Shown here: piece by piece, positions 36,943 through 46,722 of the stretch | How the letters are laid out: each line of letters starts with the position of its first letter | Numbering within the stretch: position 1 is the stretch's first letter | NCBI GenBank assembly: GCA_963847625.1 | Contig: CAWKAR010000045.1 | Span: 64,001-128,000, forward strand | Reading direction: 5' to 3' | DNA from: a candidate division FCPU426 bacterium | GTDB lineage: Bacteria; Oederibacteriota; Muellerivitia; Muellerivitales; Muellerivitaceae | Length of the DNA stretch: 64,000 bases | Position numbers and translations under genes: made by a program | The notes under the pieces: generated by a model | What the model saw: the letters and a program-made list of their open reading frames with translations, nothing else | Databases searched by the model: none | Told to the model about the DNA's origin: nothing

Positions 36943-39216
36943 CTACCGGGGACGGGAACGGCGCAGGGATTCGGCCGGAATAACTTGGAATTTACCGTCG
37001 CCCTTCTTCTTCCACAACAGGGTGAAAGACGTGTCAACACCGGAAGTTTTCCTCAAAGCGGCCTGTAACCGGTGGAACCCTTTGTGAAGGTAAACCTTCT
37101 CGGAAATCTTATTTTCCTCCTGAAGAATCCACTTCCCATCGATTAAAAGTTCGGATGGGTCGTTGCCTAGTTCAAGGAAAAGATAAGGGCCTTCCTGGGG
37201 GCATAGGAGCCACCCATCCCACCGGGCCAGAAGCGGCGGAAAGTGCGTTATGGAAAAATCATTGCGGAAGGTGAAATTCAACAATGGATCCAGGTGACTG
37301 AAAGTGACGGTCCGTCCCTTGCCGTCCAGAACCTGGTAACGTCCCTCCAGACCGAAATTCCGCGGCAGGATTTTTTCCACTGGGAAAGCTTTTTCTAACA
37401 CCAAACGGCTGAGTCGGTAAAGATAGGCGACACTGGCTCCGCTGGGGGTTTTGAGTGTTTGAACATCCCCACCCGGGTAAAGTTCCTGGAACAATCCCAA
37501 AATCCCCGTTTGTCCCTCCTCGAAAACCAGGCATATGCATTTTTCCTTCGGAAGAAAATTGAGGTCCAACGACTCGGGCAAGCGCAAGGGATACATGGCA
37601 TCCCTGTGGTCGAAACCCAGGAACTGCACGGTATATTGGCCGTAAAAATGTGAACAGATGAGGTAGGAACATGTGTCGCCGTCCCGGGCAATGGCCTTTC
37701 CGATCCAGGACGCCTCTGCCCCGTTTCCAACCCGCCAACAGTCCTCTTGGACCGCTTGCTCATGGAAGTAATCCCGGAAGTTCTGGCCGGCGCAAAAAAT
37801 GAGAAATACTACCAGGAGAAAAACGCTTCCCTTGCGCCCGGACTTCGAGGCTCCCAGTGTGGTGATGAGGCGGGAAAGGAAACTACCGCATAAGAGAACA
37901 ATGAATGGGATGGTTCCAAAAAGCCGGCTGGCATGATTGGGATTCACCGAGAGAAAGGCGGGAAGGCACATGACGGCCAGGCCCGTCACTGCATAAAAAG
38001 ACGCCCGCTCCCTGATCCGGAATAGGGCGTGAAAAAATCCGAGAACCAAAAGAATTCCCATTCCATCATCCAAAAGACGGTGTCCCGGGATATTGTGGTA
38101 ATACCAGACGTCCCCCCATCGATTAAAAGAGAAAACCGTTCCGAGAAAATGTTCCCAGATTCCCCTGAGGCCTCCATGGACGTAAACTCCAGGAAAAGCC
38201 ATCAACTCCTTTTCGCGCCAACCCAGGGACTGTTGGGACGTCATTTCCCGCAAGAGGGGAAAACAAAGGGTCCCGCAAATCGAAAAAAGCAGGGCCAGTT
38301 GGCCCAAAAAACGGTTCCGGAATTTTGAGTTCCTCAGCCATTCATAGGCCGCATAAACCGCCATGAGGACCACGAATGCCTTGCTTACCTGGTAGGAATA
38401 AAGCGACGCGGCCAAAAAAACACCGGTCAAGGCGAAAGCCCAGGTTTTCCTGTGTTTGACAGAGTAAAGCCAAAAGGCCAAGGATAGGGCCATGTAAAAA
38501 GGGATCTCAATGGCGGGATGCCCGTCCCGGCTGTAGGTGATATGCCAGCGCATGACGGCCAGGAAAAAAACAGCGAAGAGGGCCGTCGTCGAACCGGATA
38601 AATGGCGGAAAATCCGGTACAGGAAAGGAAACGCCGCCAGGGACATCACCACCGAAGCGAGGAAAAATGAAACTTGGGTTGCCGGAAAGAATTTGAACCA
38701 AAAGAGAAGGTAACCGTAAACACTGGGTACGCAGACCGGCTGCTGGAATAAATCGGAGAAAGAAGGACGCCAGCCTTCCCGCAATATGCGCAGGACATTC
38801 AGGCATTCGGAACTCTGGTCGGTGAACATACCCGCAGGAAATTCCCCGATTCGGTAAATCCGGAGGAAGAACGCGAGAAACAGAATGAGGAAGAAGAAAA
38901 GCCTTTCCCGAGCACCTTCCAAGATAAAGCCCCCGGCCGGGGCCGAAGGGCCGTTTTTATGGAATAACCGTTCGAAGAGAAAAACAGCCGCGGAGAAAAA
39001 AAGAAAGCCGGTCAAGACCGTCAGTGGCTTTTCACGTTGGATCCATTGGGTTTGACCGAGAACCGCAAGCGCCAAAGCACTTAGGCCCAGCGGGAAAAGA
39101 TTTAAGGATCGGATCGTTTTTGATTTCAGGGAGTGCCCGTCCAGGGAGCGTGGGATTTTAGTCCGGATGCCATTATATACAAATTCAGAAACATGGAAGG
39201 AATTGCCCCTTTTCAA
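36943..39216 (-). CDS. GT39/PMT-like membrane glycosyltransferase with C-terminal PA14-like domain
   Basis: FLRIYRIGEFPAGMFTDQ, AVMRWHITYSR, GLEGRY...LNF...ARWDGWL...LLIDGK...GFHRL; start uncertain. Confidence 0.8.
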   Translation of the reverse strand: MKRGNSFHVSEFVYNGIRTKIPRSLDGHSLKSKTIRSLNLFPLGLSALALAVLGQTQWIQREKPLTVLTGFLFFSAAVFLFERLFHKNGPSAPAGGFILEGARERLFFFLILFLAFFLRIYRIGEFPAGMFTDQSSECLNVLRILREGWRPSFSDLFQQPVCVPSVYGYLLFWFKFFPATQVSFFLASVVMSLAAFPFLYRIFRHLSGSTTALFAVFFLAVMRWHITYSRDGHPAIEIPFYMALSLAFWLYSVKHRKTWAFALTGVFLAASLYSYQVSKAFVVLMAVYAAYEWLRNSKFRNRFLGQLALLFSICGTLCFPLLREMTSQQSLGWREKELMAFPGVYVHGGLRGIWEHFLGTVFSFNRWGDVWYYHNIPGHRLLDDGMGILLVLGFFHALFRIRERASFYAVTGLAVMCLPAFLSVNPNHASRLFGTIPFIVLLCGSFLSRLITTLGASKSGRKGSVFLLVVFLIFCAGQNFRDYFHEQAVQEDCWRVGNGAEASWIGKAIARDGDTCSYLICSHFYGQYTVQFLGFDHRDAMYPLRLPESLDLNFLPKEKCICLVFEEGQTGILGLFQELYPGGDVQTLKTPSGASVAYLYRLSRLVLEKAFPVEKILPRNFGLEGRYQVLDGKGRTVTFSHLDPLLNFTFRNDFSITHFPPLLARWDGWLLCPQEGPYLFLELGNDPSELLIDGKWILQEENKISEKVYLHKGFHRLQAALRKTSGVDTSFTLLWKKKGDGKFQVIPAESLRRSRPR

Positions 39217-39257
39217 AAAATATCCTCAATCAACCCACAGACCATTAAAATAGCGCA

Positions 39258-41705
39258 ATGGCTTCCTCCTGGCGCACTCAATCTCTTTTAACCTCGCTCC
39301 TGCTGGCTGTTGTTGCGCAGTTTTTGATGGCAAACAATAGGGAAGCTTGGACCCTGCTCCCCGGAATCATGCTTTACGCTTTCGCGATTTTTATTTTTGT
39401 TTACTCAAGTTCAGGGCATAAAAAGACCTATTTCCCAACCGGAAGCCTCTCTTTAACGGCCGAAATATTTCTCGCCTCGGGAATTGGTTTGGTGGCGTTG
39501 TTTTTCCGTCTCTACAAAATCCCGGATATACCCCAGGGCATGACCATTGAGGAGACTTGCGGGCCTTGGCTGGGTTTTTCATCACCGCCTTCTCAATGGG
39601 TCATGTTCGACCCGAACCACATTGCCATGGCCTACCTGGACATAGATTTTCTTTCCTACCTCTGGTTCCACATTTTCGCTCCGAGCCGATTGACCTACAG
39701 TTTTTTCTTTGTTTTTTTCTCTTTGATATCCTTTCCACTGGCTTACTGGTTTTTCCGGGACTTGGCCGGGCCCAAGACCGCACTTTTAACCCTTTTCCTT
39801 TGGTCGGTGATGCAATGGCATGTCACTTTGAGCCGCAACGGGCACCCCATCGTCACAACTGTTTTTTACGTCGTGGCCATGCTGACCTTTTGCCGAATGG
39901 GCTGGCGGAAAGGACAGATTATTTATTGGGTGCTGTCTGGTTTTTTCGCTGGCGTGGGTTTTTACGCGCATCCATCCTTCCGGGCCTGTTTCTTGCTTCT
40001 CGTCGTGCTTCTTGTTTTTGAATATCGTTTCGACAAGGGAAAAACGCGGTCCCATCTAAAAGGGATCGGGATTTTCGTGCTGGTTTGCCTGGCGGTTTCC
40101 TGGCCATGTTGGAAATCCATGTTACATAACCATTGGCTGATCGGCGCCACCTACGATGATCACCTTTTTGTGGGTCAAAAAATGCTCGAAGAAAAAAGCC
40201 TGGAACCTTTTTGGAAAAACCTATATCGGGCACCGTTGGTTTTAATCCGAATAGGTTCCCCTTATACGCAAGACAGCTTGCCCGGCCACCCCCTCTTGGA
40301 CCACGTTACCGCGGTATTTTTTGTTCTTGGTTTTTTTGCCGGGATCAGGCGTTGGAAAGAAAGGAAATATTTCTACGGGCTCGCCGGTTTGACTGTGCTC
40401 TGCCTGCCAGGCCTGCTTTCGATTGATCCGACACATGCCAGCCGTGTATTGTGCATCTCCCCTTTCGTTGCCTATTTGGCGGCAAACGCAGTTTTTGAAT
40501 TTTGGGAAAGACTTTCCTTTTCGGCGGGAGGCCGCAAGTTTTTCATGGTTTTGGGCGTTTGCCTCGCGTTGTTCATCGTCTCCGAGAACTTCATGGTTTA
40601 TTTCATCGACCGTCCCCGGGATATGGCGGTCTGGCTGGAAGCCGACGCAGCGCCGATGAAAATAGGGCAAGCGATCGCCCGGGAGGGGGACGCTTATGAC
40701 TACTACCTTTCTCCAGCTTTTTTCGGGCGGTTCGTCGTGCTTTTCCTGGGCCATTCACAACAAAGCCACATGCACTCCCTTGATTTGCCCGGCTCCTTCC
40801 GGTTTCTTTCACCCTCCTCGGGCCGGGGGCTTTTTTTCATTCTCCAGGAGGGTCGTACTGGTGTTTTAAAGGTTCTTCAGGAACTTTATCCGGAAGGCGT
40901 CACTGAAAAGTTATTGGATCCTTGGGACCAGCCCTATTTATATTTTTTCCATGTGCCGCCCAGGGCTTGCGGCTTAAACCGGGGATTGCGCGGTGTTCCT
41001 TACGGTTCTTATGTCGATTTCCCGCGAAATCTGCCGAAGAAACCCTTTAAGATTCATTTGACCGGAAGTTACTGGGTGGAACAACAGGGAACATACCGCT
41101 ATCGAATAAAGGATCCTGCCAAAGTGGGCCCATTGGATGAGTGCCCCTGGAGTTCAACCCGGCTCCAGTATTTGGCCCGGGGTTTTCATCCCTTGGATTT
41201 CACCCTGAGTTCCCAGTCCGGGGAGAGTGTCTTGATTGAGGAATCTTTTGAAGAACAATCTTATCACCCCCTGGATTCCAGCCGTTTTATACCCCATCGC
41301 TTTTCGCACGGCTGGATGGGAACTTACCGACTTTCCAGCGCCCCGGATTCCACTCCATTGCTGGTGGAATCCGAACCGATCTTAAATTTCTCCCATCGAG
41401 ATGATTTTCCCCTGAAAAACACCGTAAATCTGCTGGCGGAGTGGCGGGGGATCCTTCATCCCGGCAAGGCTGGCTTTTACCATTTCCTGATGCTCAACAC
41501 CGATCACATTAACGCCGAAATGGATATCAACGGGAAAAAGACCGCGGTATCCAACCAGGAAGCCGGGCTTTTATTTGGGAAAAAAGATTATTCGGTGATC
41601 ATTCGACTTCAGCAGGAGGGCGGATTTGAAAACGCATTCCACCTGCTTTGGAAACAGCCAGGTCAAAGTAATTACGAAGTCCTACCCCCATCGGTTTTGA
41701 AATAA
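39258..41705 (+). CDS. GT39/PMT-like membrane glycosyltransferase with C-terminal PA14-like domain(s)
   Basis: FFRLYKIPDIPQGMTIEE, SVMQWHVTLSR, ILNF...AEWRGIL...HLLWKQPG; paralog of 36943-39216. Confidence 0.8.
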   Translation: MASSWRTQSLLTSLLLAVVAQFLMANNREAWTLLPGIMLYAFAIFIFVYSSSGHKKTYFPTGSLSLTAEIFLASGIGLVALFFRLYKIPDIPQGMTIEETCGPWLGFSSPPSQWVMFDPNHIAMAYLDIDFLSYLWFHIFAPSRLTYSFFFVFFSLISFPLAYWFFRDLAGPKTALLTLFLWSVMQWHVTLSRNGHPIVTTVFYVVAMLTFCRMGWRKGQIIYWVLSGFFAGVGFYAHPSFRACFLLLVVLLVFEYRFDKGKTRSHLKGIGIFVLVCLAVSWPCWKSMLHNHWLIGATYDDHLFVGQKMLEEKSLEPFWKNLYRAPLVLIRIGSPYTQDSLPGHPLLDHVTAVFFVLGFFAGIRRWKERKYFYGLAGLTVLCLPGLLSIDPTHASRVLCISPFVAYLAANAVFEFWERLSFSAGGRKFFMVLGVCLALFIVSENFMVYFIDRPRDMAVWLEADAAPMKIGQAIAREGDAYDYYLSPAFFGRFVVLFLGHSQQSHMHSLDLPGSFRFLSPSSGRGLFFILQEGRTGVLKVLQELYPEGVTEKLLDPWDQPYLYFFHVPPRACGLNRGLRGVPYGSYVDFPRNLPKKPFKIHLTGSYWVEQQGTYRYRIKDPAKVGPLDECPWSSTRLQYLARGFHPLDFTLSSQSGESVLIEESFEEQSYHPLDSSRFIPHRFSHGWMGTYRLSSAPDSTPLLVESEPILNFSHRDDFPLKNTVNLLAEWRGILHPGKAGFYHFLMLNTDHINAEMDINGKKTAVSNQEAGLLFGKKDYSVIIRLQQEGGFENAFHLLWKQPGQSNYEVLPPSVLK

Positions 41706-41993
41706 CGGATGGTCCCGAGACCATATTTAAAATCAATACTAATGTTCGGCCTTTAATAGAAATTGTTTTACCTGTTGTTATCCCAAATAGTGAGCCGGTT
41801 AAAACCAACGCAAAAAATTAGGTCAAGAATTCCCGTCTCATTCGCTTAAAACCGTCAAGGATTACCTGAAGTTGTAGGATTTCTTCCAAAGGGGAAGAGT
41901 TGATCTTTCTCACCGGAATAGCTTTTCAAATTCCACGAGATTTTCTCAGGCGGGTAAAAACGTTAAAATATTGGGTTTTTCCAATGGGACTAT

Positions 41994-42002
41994 TGATATA
42001 AT
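41994..42002 (+). promoter_or_regulatory. Extended -10 promoter element upstream of the pilT-che cluster
   Basis: TGaTATAAT about 40 bp upstream of ATG 42042. Confidence 0.55.
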
Positions 42003-42041
42003 AGTTTGTTAAATGGTTATACGGCGTTCATAGGAGATGGA

Positions 42042-44345
42042 ATGGACCTGCAAGAAATCCTTAATTCCATGGTTAACAAAAAGGCCTCTGACGTCCATTT
42101 AAAAGCAGGCGCACCTCCACTTTTCCGCATTGACGGGGACCTATTCCCGCAAAGTGATGTCCCCCTTTCACCTCAGGAACTGGCCGAAGTCGCATCCTAT
42201 TTAATGGACGAGAAACAGCAAAAGTCTTTTTTTGAGGATCACCACGAAGTGGACCTGGCATATGCGGTGGAAGGTTTGGCCCGTTTCAGAACGAACGCCA
42301 TGTGGCAAAGGGGCCTGCCGGAGATCATCATGCGGGTTATTCCTCAGATTGTTCCCCGTATTGAAGACATCAACATGCCCACATCGGTTTTAAAACAGAT
42401 CGCCATGGAACCACGTGGAATGGTCCTAGTGACTGGTATCACCGGTTCCGGCAAATCAACCACCCTTGCGGCCATAATCCACGAAATCAACGTAAACCGA
42501 TCCACCCATATTGTCACCGTTGAAGACCCAATCGAATTTGTGCACCAGGACGTCAAATCCAGCCTGACCCAGAGGGAGGTGGGTTTAGACACGGAAAATT
42601 TTAAAACAGCATTAAAGTATGTATTGAGGCAGGATCCTGATGTCATTCTCATTGGCGAAATGCGGGACGTTGAAACGGTCCAAGCCGCTATAACGGCCGC
42701 TGAAACAGGTCACTTAGTGTTTTCGACTCTTCATACCATGGATACTATCCAGACTATCGAGAGAATTTTAGACTTTTTCCCTCCTGACCAGCAAAACCAG
42801 ATGCGAATCCAACTATCCAACACCCTCCGGGCAGTCATTTCGCAGCGCTTGGTCTCCAAGGCGGATGGAGCTGGAGTGGTCCCAGCCTGTGAAATCATGG
42901 TCGTGACACCCACCATCAAGTCCCTTATTGCCGATGATAAAATTAGCTCAATTCGCAGCTTCATTGCGGAAGGACACAGCCAGTACGGCATGCAAACTTT
43001 CGACCAATCTCTTATCGAACTTGTACGGAAGGGCTTTATCACCAAAGAAAGCGCCATGGAACAGGCCACCTCCCCCAGTGAAATCGATCTAGGCCTTAAG
43101 GGTATTTCCTCGTCAAAAGCTTCTGCACAGTCTCTCATTTCCCAAATGGAGAGTTCCCAGCAAAAGGAACGCGTTGGTGGTTGGCTTAAAAGGGCCCAAG
43201 AACTTTATGAAAAGCGACGCAATGATGAGGCGAAAGCTGAATTAAAGCGGATTCTTCAGGAGATTCCCGAACATAAGGAAGCCAATGCATTGATGGCTCG
43301 GCTTCGGGAAATGGAGGATAAAACCGACAAAAAAAAGGACGCGTCTTCCTCTGTCAAGTCAGCGCTCCAGCTTTACCGGGAGAGTAAATACCAAGCCGCC
43401 ATCTTGGAATTCCAGAAAGCCTTGGAAATCGACCCCGGCAACAAACAAGCCGAAGCTTATATCCGGTCCATTCAAACAGAAATGGATAATCGTGTCCGTG
43501 CCCGGGAGTTTGTACAGGCGGCCATGCAAAAACAACAGCAGAATGATCTTGGAACAGCTCTCAAACACTTGGAGCAAGCCCTTATTCTCGACCCGGAAAA
43601 TGAGCAAGCTCGGGTTCTCCAAAGAGACCTTAAAAACGCTATCCAGAAGGATCAGGCGAAAGAAAAAGCCAAAGAACAAAACCAAACCGCGATTGAACTT
43701 TATAAAGCAGGCGATTTGCTCGGGGCCTTGGTGGCTTGGAACAGGGCTTACGAGTTTAATTCTGAGCTTGAGGAAGTTTCCCGCTATTTGCAGCAAGGCA
43801 TCTCCAAACTACTTTCCTTCGGGGTTGAAGGATTGGAAGGGAACCCTGAAACACAAAATGTTCTTGCCCTCTTTGAGCAAGGTATCCGTAGTTATGTAAG
43901 GAGCGATTTCCAAACGGCTATAGAATTTTTTAAGAAGGCACTTGTCAAGGCCGATGGAAACGCTTATTTGAATGCGTATCTTGAAAAATCTCTACAGATG
44001 GAAGAACAGCAAGTTGAAGAGTTGTTTCGACAAGGTTGGAAAGCTCAAGAGGCGGGAGACTTGGCTGCCGCCCAGAAGGAGTACACAAAGGTTTTAAGAC
44101 TTTCACCTGGACATCCTGAAACAGTCAAACAATTAGCGATCCTCAAGGCTGCCATACAGCAAAAAACCGAAAAATTATACAACGATGGAAAAGTATATTT
44201 CGATCAAAATGACATGGATCGAGCTATTCGAATCTGGGAAAACATACTGAACTTGGATCCGACCAATGAACGGGCTCATAAGAAGATTGAAGAGGCGAAA
44301 ATTAAAAAAAGCACTCTGACTGGAATTTTTTCCAAGATCAGCTAG
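42042..44345 (+). CDS. PilT/PilU-family type IV pilus ATPase fused to about 400 aa of TPRs
   Basis: ASDVHL, Walker A GITGSGKST, TVEDPIE, DPDVILIGEMRD, GHLVFSTLHT, GMQTFDQSL, then TPRs; AGGAG RBS. Confidence 0.92.
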   Translation: MDLQEILNSMVNKKASDVHLKAGAPPLFRIDGDLFPQSDVPLSPQELAEVASYLMDEKQQKSFFEDHHEVDLAYAVEGLARFRTNAMWQRGLPEIIMRVIPQIVPRIEDINMPTSVLKQIAMEPRGMVLVTGITGSGKSTTLAAIIHEINVNRSTHIVTVEDPIEFVHQDVKSSLTQREVGLDTENFKTALKYVLRQDPDVILIGEMRDVETVQAAITAAETGHLVFSTLHTMDTIQTIERILDFFPPDQQNQMRIQLSNTLRAVISQRLVSKADGAGVVPACEIMVVTPTIKSLIADDKISSIRSFIAEGHSQYGMQTFDQSLIELVRKGFITKESAMEQATSPSEIDLGLKGISSSKASAQSLISQMESSQQKERVGGWLKRAQELYEKRRNDEAKAELKRILQEIPEHKEANALMARLREMEDKTDKKKDASSSVKSALQLYRESKYQAAILEFQKALEIDPGNKQAEAYIRSIQTEMDNRVRAREFVQAAMQKQQQNDLGTALKHLEQALILDPENEQARVLQRDLKNAIQKDQAKEKAKEQNQTAIELYKAGDLLGALVAWNRAYEFNSELEEVSRYLQQGISKLLSFGVEGLEGNPETQNVLALFEQGIRSYVRSDFQTAIEFFKKALVKADGNAYLNAYLEKSLQMEEQQVEELFRQGWKAQEAGDLAAAQKEYTKVLRLSPGHPETVKQLAILKAAIQQKTEKLYNDGKVYFDQNDMDRAIRIWENILNLDPTNERAHKKIEEAKIKKSTLTGIFSKIS

Positions 44346-44465
44346 GATGGTATTAATAGGAAGTGCTTTATTTCACTGCTTAGAAACTTCTTGTCTTCTT
44401 CACTAATAAAAGAAGACAAATGTGCAAATGAAATTGATTAATAATTTTTAAGGACGGGTGTTGGA

Positions 44466-44864
44466 ATGAAAAAATTGGTCATTGCGATTTTGGTTTTGAT
44501 AGTCTTGTTTTTCCTGGCGTTGAACACTTCCATGATGGCTGATCAAGCTTTGAAATGGGTTAAAGAAAATCCTAAGGATCCCCACGCGCCAAAGGTTCTT
44601 TATGACGCGGCACGCTGGTGCGATATATTGGGTGATAATAAAAAAGCCTTGGAAGTTTATTGGGACCTTTATCAACAATATCCTGAAAACTCAGCTTTGT
44701 CCGCAGCAGCTTTATATTACAGCGCCCAAATTGAAGTGGATACGAGCGTTTCAAAACGTCTAGCGGATCCGTTCTTGGCAATCATTTTTAACCAGTATTC
44801 TGGTGAAAGTGATTGGGTGGGAAAGGCCCGAAAGTTACAGGATGAGGTGAATTATGTTCGTTAA
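44466..44864 (+). CDS. Small exported TPR-like protein
   Basis: Signal or anchor MKKLVIAILVLIVLFFLAL; helical repeats (LYQQYPENS...ALYYSAQI). Confidence 0.7.
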   Translation: MKKLVIAILVLIVLFFLALNTSMMADQALKWVKENPKDPHAPKVLYDAARWCDILGDNKKALEVYWDLYQQYPENSALSAAALYYSAQIEVDTSVSKRLADPFLAIIFNQYSGESDWVGKARKLQDEVNYVR

Positions 44865-45831
44865 ATACGATCGCTGGCTTGTTTTCTACTTTATAGGTTT
44901 GATTACCTTAAGTTGGGGTTCATGTGGTTTTGCTAAGACTATTGAGGTGGAAGAAGATTCTGAAAGCTTGTCGGCATCACCCACCCCTGTCGCTGTCTCG
45001 CCTGCACAAAAAACTCAAAAAACAACGGCCAAATCAATTACAACTAAAACCAAACCGGTTTTAAATAATAATGACACTTTAGAAGCTTCACCATCTGGTT
45101 CTCTGACTGCGCGGGTCCGGGCCGGAGATAATATCAGCTTTTATTATTTTACCAAGGCTGGCTTCGTGGCCAACCAACCTTCTCAAATTCCTTCCATTGG
45201 AAAGATCGTGGGTGATCTCAGCGAAAACGAAACATCGGGTTCTGGGGATATAAGTTACAGCATGGCGAAAAAACCCTACGTTGAAATTTCCTCCAAAGTG
45301 GAATTGAAAAAAGGTGATTTGCTGGTTGTATATCAGTTTGGCCCTGACAAATTAAACGAACCCAGATCGAATTTTACGGGTTTTTTGGTTGAAAATAATG
45401 CAATCGTCAAAGTGAGTAGTGCCCAAAAAAAATATTGCGAAATCGAAATCGTGAAGTCCTTCACTCCTTTTCATGCCGGAGACCATGTTAAATATTACAG
45501 TGATGAGTTGCAAAGATGGAGAAAGGCTCAAACAAAAAAATCTATGCCTAACAAAGAAGTGCGGTGTTTTGTCGCGGGGGGTGATCCGCAAAAAAGCGGT
45601 TATTCTCAAACCGATTTCATTGTGTTGACGGCCGGTTCCAATAACGGTGTTGTTGAAGGCCAAACCTTTCAAATATGCCAACCCGTGAGGAACTCTGGAA
45701 TAAGCGATGAGCTTCATGTCCCCAGGGGTATGGCCCGCGTTTTTTATGCCGGACCAAATTATTCGATGGCCCAAATCCTTTCTAGCCATGAAGCCATCCA
45801 AAAGGGGTTTGAGGCGATTTACCGGCCTTAG
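44854..45831 (+). CDS. Exported protein with tandem FlgT-C/TsaP-like beta domains
   Basis: Signal peptide; LKKGDLLVVY...IVKSFTPFHAGD and IVLTAGSNNGVVEGQTFQI...SMAQILSS...IQKG. Confidence 0.55.
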   Translation: MFVKYDRWLVFYFIGLITLSWGSCGFAKTIEVEEDSESLSASPTPVAVSPAQKTQKTTAKSITTKTKPVLNNNDTLEASPSGSLTARVRAGDNISFYYFTKAGFVANQPSQIPSIGKIVGDLSENETSGSGDISYSMAKKPYVEISSKVELKKGDLLVVYQFGPDKLNEPRSNFTGFLVENNAIVKVSSAQKKYCEIEIVKSFTPFHAGDHVKYYSDELQRWRKAQTKKSMPNKEVRCFVAGGDPQKSGYSQTDFIVLTAGSNNGVVEGQTFQICQPVRNSGISDELHVPRGMARVFYAGPNYSMAQILSSHEAIQKGFEAIYRP

Positions 45832-45853
45832 GTTGGATCGGGCTAGGCCCAGC

Positions 45854-46690
45854 ATGGATTCTCCCAAACGTACAATGATCGAAGAAGAGCCGTATTTTAG
45901 AAAAATTCTTGAACATATCCTGAATGAAAAAGGTTTTGACGGAAATCAGTATAAATTAAATTACATAAAAAGAAGGTTGGCAGTCCGTATGCGGGCGACT
46001 GGGTCCCGCACATATATGGAATATCTCCGGGTCTTGCATAAAAATCTCAATGAAGTTTCTTTGCTTTTTGATCGTTTAACCATCCACGTAACAGATTTTT
46101 TTAGGGATGCCGATGTTTACCAGTCCTTGAAGGTTCGGGTTCTGCCGGAAATCATCAGAAGCCCAGAAACCCATCTGAAAGTTTGGTGCGCTGGATGCAG
46201 TACGGGCCAAGAACCTTATTCAGTCGCCATCACATTGAAAGAAAGCACTTTGGAAAATGAAGAATTCGATTTTGGAATTATTGCCACGGATATTGACGAA
46301 TCTAGCATCCGCGCAGCAGAACGCGGAGTTTATCCCAAAGTTTCTCTAAATAAACTTACCAAAAGCCAAATCCTAAAATGGTTTTCGGTTGAAGAAGAAC
46401 AAGTTCGGGTTTCGGAAGAACTCCGGAAACACATAAGATTTAAAACCCATGATTTACTTGGCCGATGGAACACGGAACTTTCCGGCTTTCAACTTATCCT
46501 GTGCCGGAATCTTTTTATTTACCTCACTTCCACTCAACAACAAAAGCTTTACGAAAGGTTTAGCCGAGCATTGAAACCCTGTGGTTATTTAGTTCTTGGC
46601 TTAACTGAAACTTTGATGGGTAAAGCTCGGGATTTATTCCATTGCGTGGACGTTCGGAACCGCATTTATCAAGCATACGGTCAGGACTAG
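45854..46690 (+). CDS. cheR: Chemotaxis methyltransferase
   Basis: LTIHVTDFFRD, VWCAGCSTGQEPYSVA, ATDID, ILCRNLFIY, LVLGLTETL. Confidence 0.95.
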   Translation: MDSPKRTMIEEEPYFRKILEHILNEKGFDGNQYKLNYIKRRLAVRMRATGSRTYMEYLRVLHKNLNEVSLLFDRLTIHVTDFFRDADVYQSLKVRVLPEIIRSPETHLKVWCAGCSTGQEPYSVAITLKESTLENEEFDFGIIATDIDESSIRAAERGVYPKVSLNKLTKSQILKWFSVEEEQVRVSEELRKHIRFKTHDLLGRWNTELSGFQLILCRNLFIYLTSTQQQKLYERFSRALKPCGYLVLGLTETLMGKARDLFHCVDVRNRIYQAYGQD

Positions 46691-46722
46691 TTTAAAAATA
46701 GTTTTACCGAGGTTTATGGGTA

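Noticed and set aside
41706..42041. Riboswitch or ncRNA upstream of the pilT-che cluster
   Set aside because: No recognisable c-di-GMP or other riboswitch core by eye; an Rfam scan would be needed
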